DNA from: Chrysemys picta bellii
Lineage: Eukaryota
Direction: 5' to 3'
Assembly (NCBI RefSeq): GCF_011386835.1
Contig: NC_088813.1
Coordinates: forward strand, 10,106,001 to 10,170,000
Length of the DNA stretch: 64,000 nt
Shown here: piece by piece, positions 59,581-64,000 of the stretch
Layout of the letters: the number at the start of each line of letters is the position of its first letter
Numbering within the stretch: the first letter of the stretch is position 1
The notes under the pieces: model-generated
What the model saw: the letters and a program-made list of their open reading frames with translations, nothing else
Told to the model about the DNA's origin: nothing
Databases searched by the model: none
Translations under genes and position numbers: made by a program

Positions 59581-59586
59581 AATAAA
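59581..59586 (+). terminator. Candidate GPN2 polyadenylation signal
   Basis: AATAAA(ATAAA) about 700 nt after the stop codon. Confidence 0.5.
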
Positions 59587-62500
59587 ATAAACTGCAACAG
59601 TGCTGCAAAGCATGAGGGACAAGAAGAGCTGTGAATAGGTTCCTTATTGCAGCTGCAGACGCTGCCACATGTTTCTGTTAAAAAATCACTCTCGTCTCTG
59701 TTGTTTCCTTCTGTGACCTACCTGGAAGCAGAACAAGTATCTGCTCGGGATGGGGTGGAGGAAAGGAGGTCACTTCTTGTGCATTCTGTTCCAGTGGACA
59801 AATTCTGTCTCTCTGCCCTGCATGATGAAACACTGTCAACGTCCTGTTGTGAGCTCCTGAAAGCTTTGCCCAAACTGTACTAACAGGAGTGTTCGTAGGC
59901 TTATGACTGGGGAAGAGCCTGTGTGGTTCAGCGGAAGAATGTAGCTCCACAAAGGTTGTAGCAAACCATAGAAGTTAGGTCTTTCCTTGTCTCTACTAGG
60001 TCCTTTACTATATCCTTCCTTTGCTATATCCCTCCGTCTTTGTGGGATTGTTCTCTACAATTGATTGTCCAATGCTTTACCCACTTGAGTTTTAAACATC
60101 CCAAGCAACGGTGTGTCCACTACTTCCCTGAGGGAACCCTGAGTAATTCTGCTCCTAGTTGCTGTTTGCATCTTTAGATAGTGAGAGACAGTTATGAGGC
60201 TAGTTAACTGCTGGTGTAAACACACACCTCTCTGCTAGAATGGCATCTAATGATCTGAATCTGCCCTGAAGGAGGCTGCTTGAGACAGGTACATGTTGTT
60301 GTTTTTTAAACTGATCATACCTGGCAATTAGCTTGTAATATTCAAAGCAATTTACACATGTATTAATCCAAACAGCACTCTGGTGAGGCTCATTAATAAG
60401 TTTTTATTCATAATGATTTACAGATGGCAAAACTGAGACACCAAAAGGTTAAGAGACTTAAAACCACAGAGGGCGTAAGTGGCAGAGCCAAAATTTTAAT
60501 GTTCAGCAGTTCCTGGCTCCCAGTCCTGTGCTCAGACCAAGTTTTCCATCCCTTTTCGGCTGAAATATTGTAAAGAATAATATAGTTGCTTCTTGCTGTA
60601 GAATTTAGCAGGAGATTTTCCCTCTCTTCCCCTATACCCTCCCCAATTGTAGACTAACGGTTAATAGAGACTATAAACATGGGTGGTACTAAAGACTCAC
60701 GGTAGAAGAGTGAGATCTGCATTTTCCTACATCTTATGGTATCATGGCCGTGGCTCAGAGAAGGAAACTTTCTACTATGTTGCTTGTTGGTGACGGAATG
60801 GGGATGCACATGACACACACACGGTTGGGTTGCCTCATATCAGTCAAGTCATGAAGGCCAATCTGGAGTTTAGAATTGAAAAACCAAAGATCTGTCTGCT
60901 CTGTATGTTCAAAGTTTTCATGGCACTTTTTATAAGAGTAGGGTCTTGCCTGCATTAAGCACTGGGTGTTGTGCCTGCTGTTGGTATTCTCTACCACCGT
61001 GGTAGCTACATTTCCGTGATTGTGTATAGATTGAAGTGCTGTCTAATCATGTATTTAGATTGATACTCCCTCCTTTACTCACCCTGTTGCATGTAGGTAT
61101 TGTAATCCATGTGGGATATAAACTTACCTGCTCTTCTGTTAGCCGTACAGTCGCTTGAGAGGGTGTTTGAAATGTGAATTTTACAGCTTGGAGAAATGTA
61201 GTGCTTTAAGAGGGCATTGTTAGGTCAAATTCGATATAAAATTGAAGACCAATAGAAACATTTCTATGTTGTTTGGCTTTTTTCAGTTTCCAAGGCAGAA
61301 GTACTTTTTTTAAATTCACCTGTAGTGTTTGCCTTTGCAGCACTATGCTAGTGCAGGAGAATGCAGAGTGTGAAACTGAGTAGTCCCTTTTCTTTTTCCA
61401 GGCAGAGAGAAATGCAAAAAACAAACAATATCGGTAGTGAAAAGTAAATGTTCAGAGTTCCAGCATTAAGCTATTCTTAGTAATAGGTCAGGAAATCCAT
61501 TTCTAAGTCCCTCTAAATTTTAACCTTTTCAGTTTCTCTAATGTGAAGACACCTTGATAGCTGGAAGTATCTTTCTTTACTATTTTACTTCTCACTTTCT
61601 CTCCATTCCGTTCTGGCTAATGGTAGAAGTTGCTCTCTGTGCTATCTCGTCACTTCGGAACCTCTAAAACCAAGTGTAGTGTGGAAATTCTGTCCCTGTG
61701 CTAGGAGGGTTTAGGACCCAGGGAGACGGGGGAGATGGAAGGAGCATAACCAGATGAAAGCAATGTCTCACTTGGGTATCAGAATTTCCTCATTATGCGA
61801 ACCCACAGAGATCATAGAGGAGAGAAGATCGCAATTGCCTGATCAGCAAACACAAGGCATCAGACCACCGTGTATGGTAACAGACCCCTACGAAAGTAAT
61901 AACGAGGCCTCTCCTGTTCGTGAACTAGGTGAGTCAGACAGAGTAATTAAATTGTACCTCTGTATGAATTATTGCTGCTTAGTTATACAGTAGCTGTAAG
62001 TGTTGATATTACAACTGGCTTGACTTAATGGGACGATTGCTCCATTGAAAAACCCACGGGGAAATGTTGCTGTCTGCATCTCTCAGTGCAAGTGTTGCCT
62101 ATTGGACACTCAGGCCTCAATGTACCTGCTGTTACCCACATACTAGATGAGACTGAACATGGGTGAAGAAGGAAAAATGAAATGCAGGGTGTAGAAATGC
62201 AGTGGGACCAATTCCATTCCTGTTGATAACTATTCCTCTCTGCTCAGTGGCCTTGAAATGGAGCTGGAAATGGAGAACCTTAAAACTGAGGTGGTAGAAA
62301 AGTTGGTGATATAAGTTTGTTTACACCCACTGTATTTATACATCCTGCATGGCTGTGTTTCTGGGAGTTCCCAGAAGCAGGGAAGGGTTATGTTTTGGAT
62401 CATGCCGCTAGTTAACAAAGACATCAAGTGGGGGTAAAGGACAGTAGTTATTTCTGAAATGTGAGTTAAATGCATGGCAAGCTTATGTGGCTCTGAAAGT

Positions 62501-64000
62501 CTCATCTTATGGAGCAGAGCTGATCTATCTGCAGGACTCCCCAACTCCCAATTGTAAGTCACTGCTTGAATCAGAAGCAGCAGATTCCTTCTGGTCCTCC
62601 ACCTCTTTCCCGCAACCTCGCTTTGCCGCATACCTCCAAGTTAGATATTTGTCGACAAATGACTCAGGCTAACCTTCTGCTGACACCAATGTGTGAAATA
62701 GCCGCACTCCTGGAACACCCAGGAGCCAAAGCCTCGTTCCCGCTTCCCTGATTCATTTTCATTTAGGAGGGATCTCCAAAGCAGAGCTGGTCTGGGTATG
62801 TTTAGCAATTAGCTATTGTAGAGAGCTTTCAGCCTTGAAATGCTCCATTGACCTGAAGTGAGAGCCTGGAATCCAGCTGGGATTTTTAATCCATTCTCCA
62901 GGAAGTGATTAAATATAGTGAGGGTTTTTCTTTATTTTTTTAAATTATATTTCTTGGATGACATCTCACTGAGGCACAGTGTGTGTTCTCTCTCTTCCCC
63001 TTTCCTAAGGGGCATAGTAAAGTTTGACCCACCCTGAAATGGTGACTAGTATTTCTTACTATTCATGAAGATATCTTTTTATTCCAGTCACTTTATGACC
63101 TGTAGCTCTGGGTCTGTGACCGTAGGGGAAGAGGCAGGGAGTGGAGGGTGAAGTGAGTACAGCGGCACAGATCACACTGACTAGAGGGGACAAAGCCCTG
63201 TTGATTCGTGGAGCTCATGAGCCCCGGTAAGGACAGGATCTAGTTCCCTGGATGGACTCTTAAGCATTCTAAGCACTCCGTTTTATGGCACTATATTGTT
63301 TTGTTGGGTGTTTGGTTGTGGGCCCCTCCCTCTCTCCCACTTGGTTTTCCAGTAGGATCTGGGAAGGATTTGAATCCCAGGCTCATACGCATATTTGGAA
63401 GAGCTCTGAGAGCAGAGGGAGGGGCTGTAATGATCAGTCACAATACGCCCATGGCTGCTTATGGTGTGGATGAGGGTCTCTGTTAAAGTTTGAGGTTTGC
63501 CCTATAATTAGTCTTAGTAGAGGGTTTGCCAAACTTCTGGGGAACAGCATGCGGTCGGCTGCTTGATTTGGAGGAAGCATAGTCTTGGTATCCGAGATCA
63601 ACTTCCCTCAGGGAGGAGCAAGAAGGCGGTAAGTTGAGAGGGTCATTTACAGCCAGGATGCCCTCTTCTTATACCTGCTCCAAACCCCCTTATCAGCACT
63701 TACATCGGTAAGAACTCGGAGGGTTTCAGTCTTCAGCAAAAGGCAAACAACACTTAGTTGTCAGAAAGGTTTATTTACAATGAAGCTCTATAAATAATAC
63801 ACAGCTTTTCAAGATCGTGGCCCACACGTGTTTGCAGATCTTATTGCCCTTGTTTGGGTCTCCTGTGTGCAACTGATAACAAGGTCCAACCAGCCAGCAT
63901 GCTATGCTGGGACATGCGCTCTACAAGACAGCCCTCATTTGCTCCACCATCCTGAGAGTCAGACAGGTTGCATCTTTCTTCTTCGCTTTCCAAACTATGG

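Noticed and set aside
59600-64000. Expected next syntenic gene SFN (14-3-3 sigma)
   Set aside because: No 14-3-3-like ORF on either strand; presumably beyond the window end.

Overview
Vertebrate genomic DNA, almost certainly from a turtle. The evidence is a tortoise-type tRNA-derived polIII SINE, a PsCR1-like LINE and abundant Penelope/hAT/Harbinger repeats. The window holds the conserved amniote block KDF1(+; last 2 coding exons only), NUDC(-; 9 exons, 343 aa), NR0B2/SHP(+; 2 exons, 274 aa), GPATCH3(+; 7 exons, 490 aa) and GPN2(+; 5 coding exons, 311 aa, plus a probable non-coding first exon). All exon boundaries were read by hand, and the frames splice cleanly. There is no prokaryotic system, CRISPR array or novel protein-coding gene. 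The most notable non-obvious signals are: (i) several Penelope-derived insertions carrying minimal hammerhead-ribozyme-like motifs with co-varying helices, some as near-perfect palindromes with target-site duplications; (ii) a U12-type (minor spliceosome) last intron in GPN2; (iii) an FXR IR-1 / LRH-1 / E-box / TATA module upstream of SHP; (iv) a Met-Ser-stop mini-uORF directly before the GPN2 start. Orthology and repeat-family names rest on recalled reference sequences, not on database searches.
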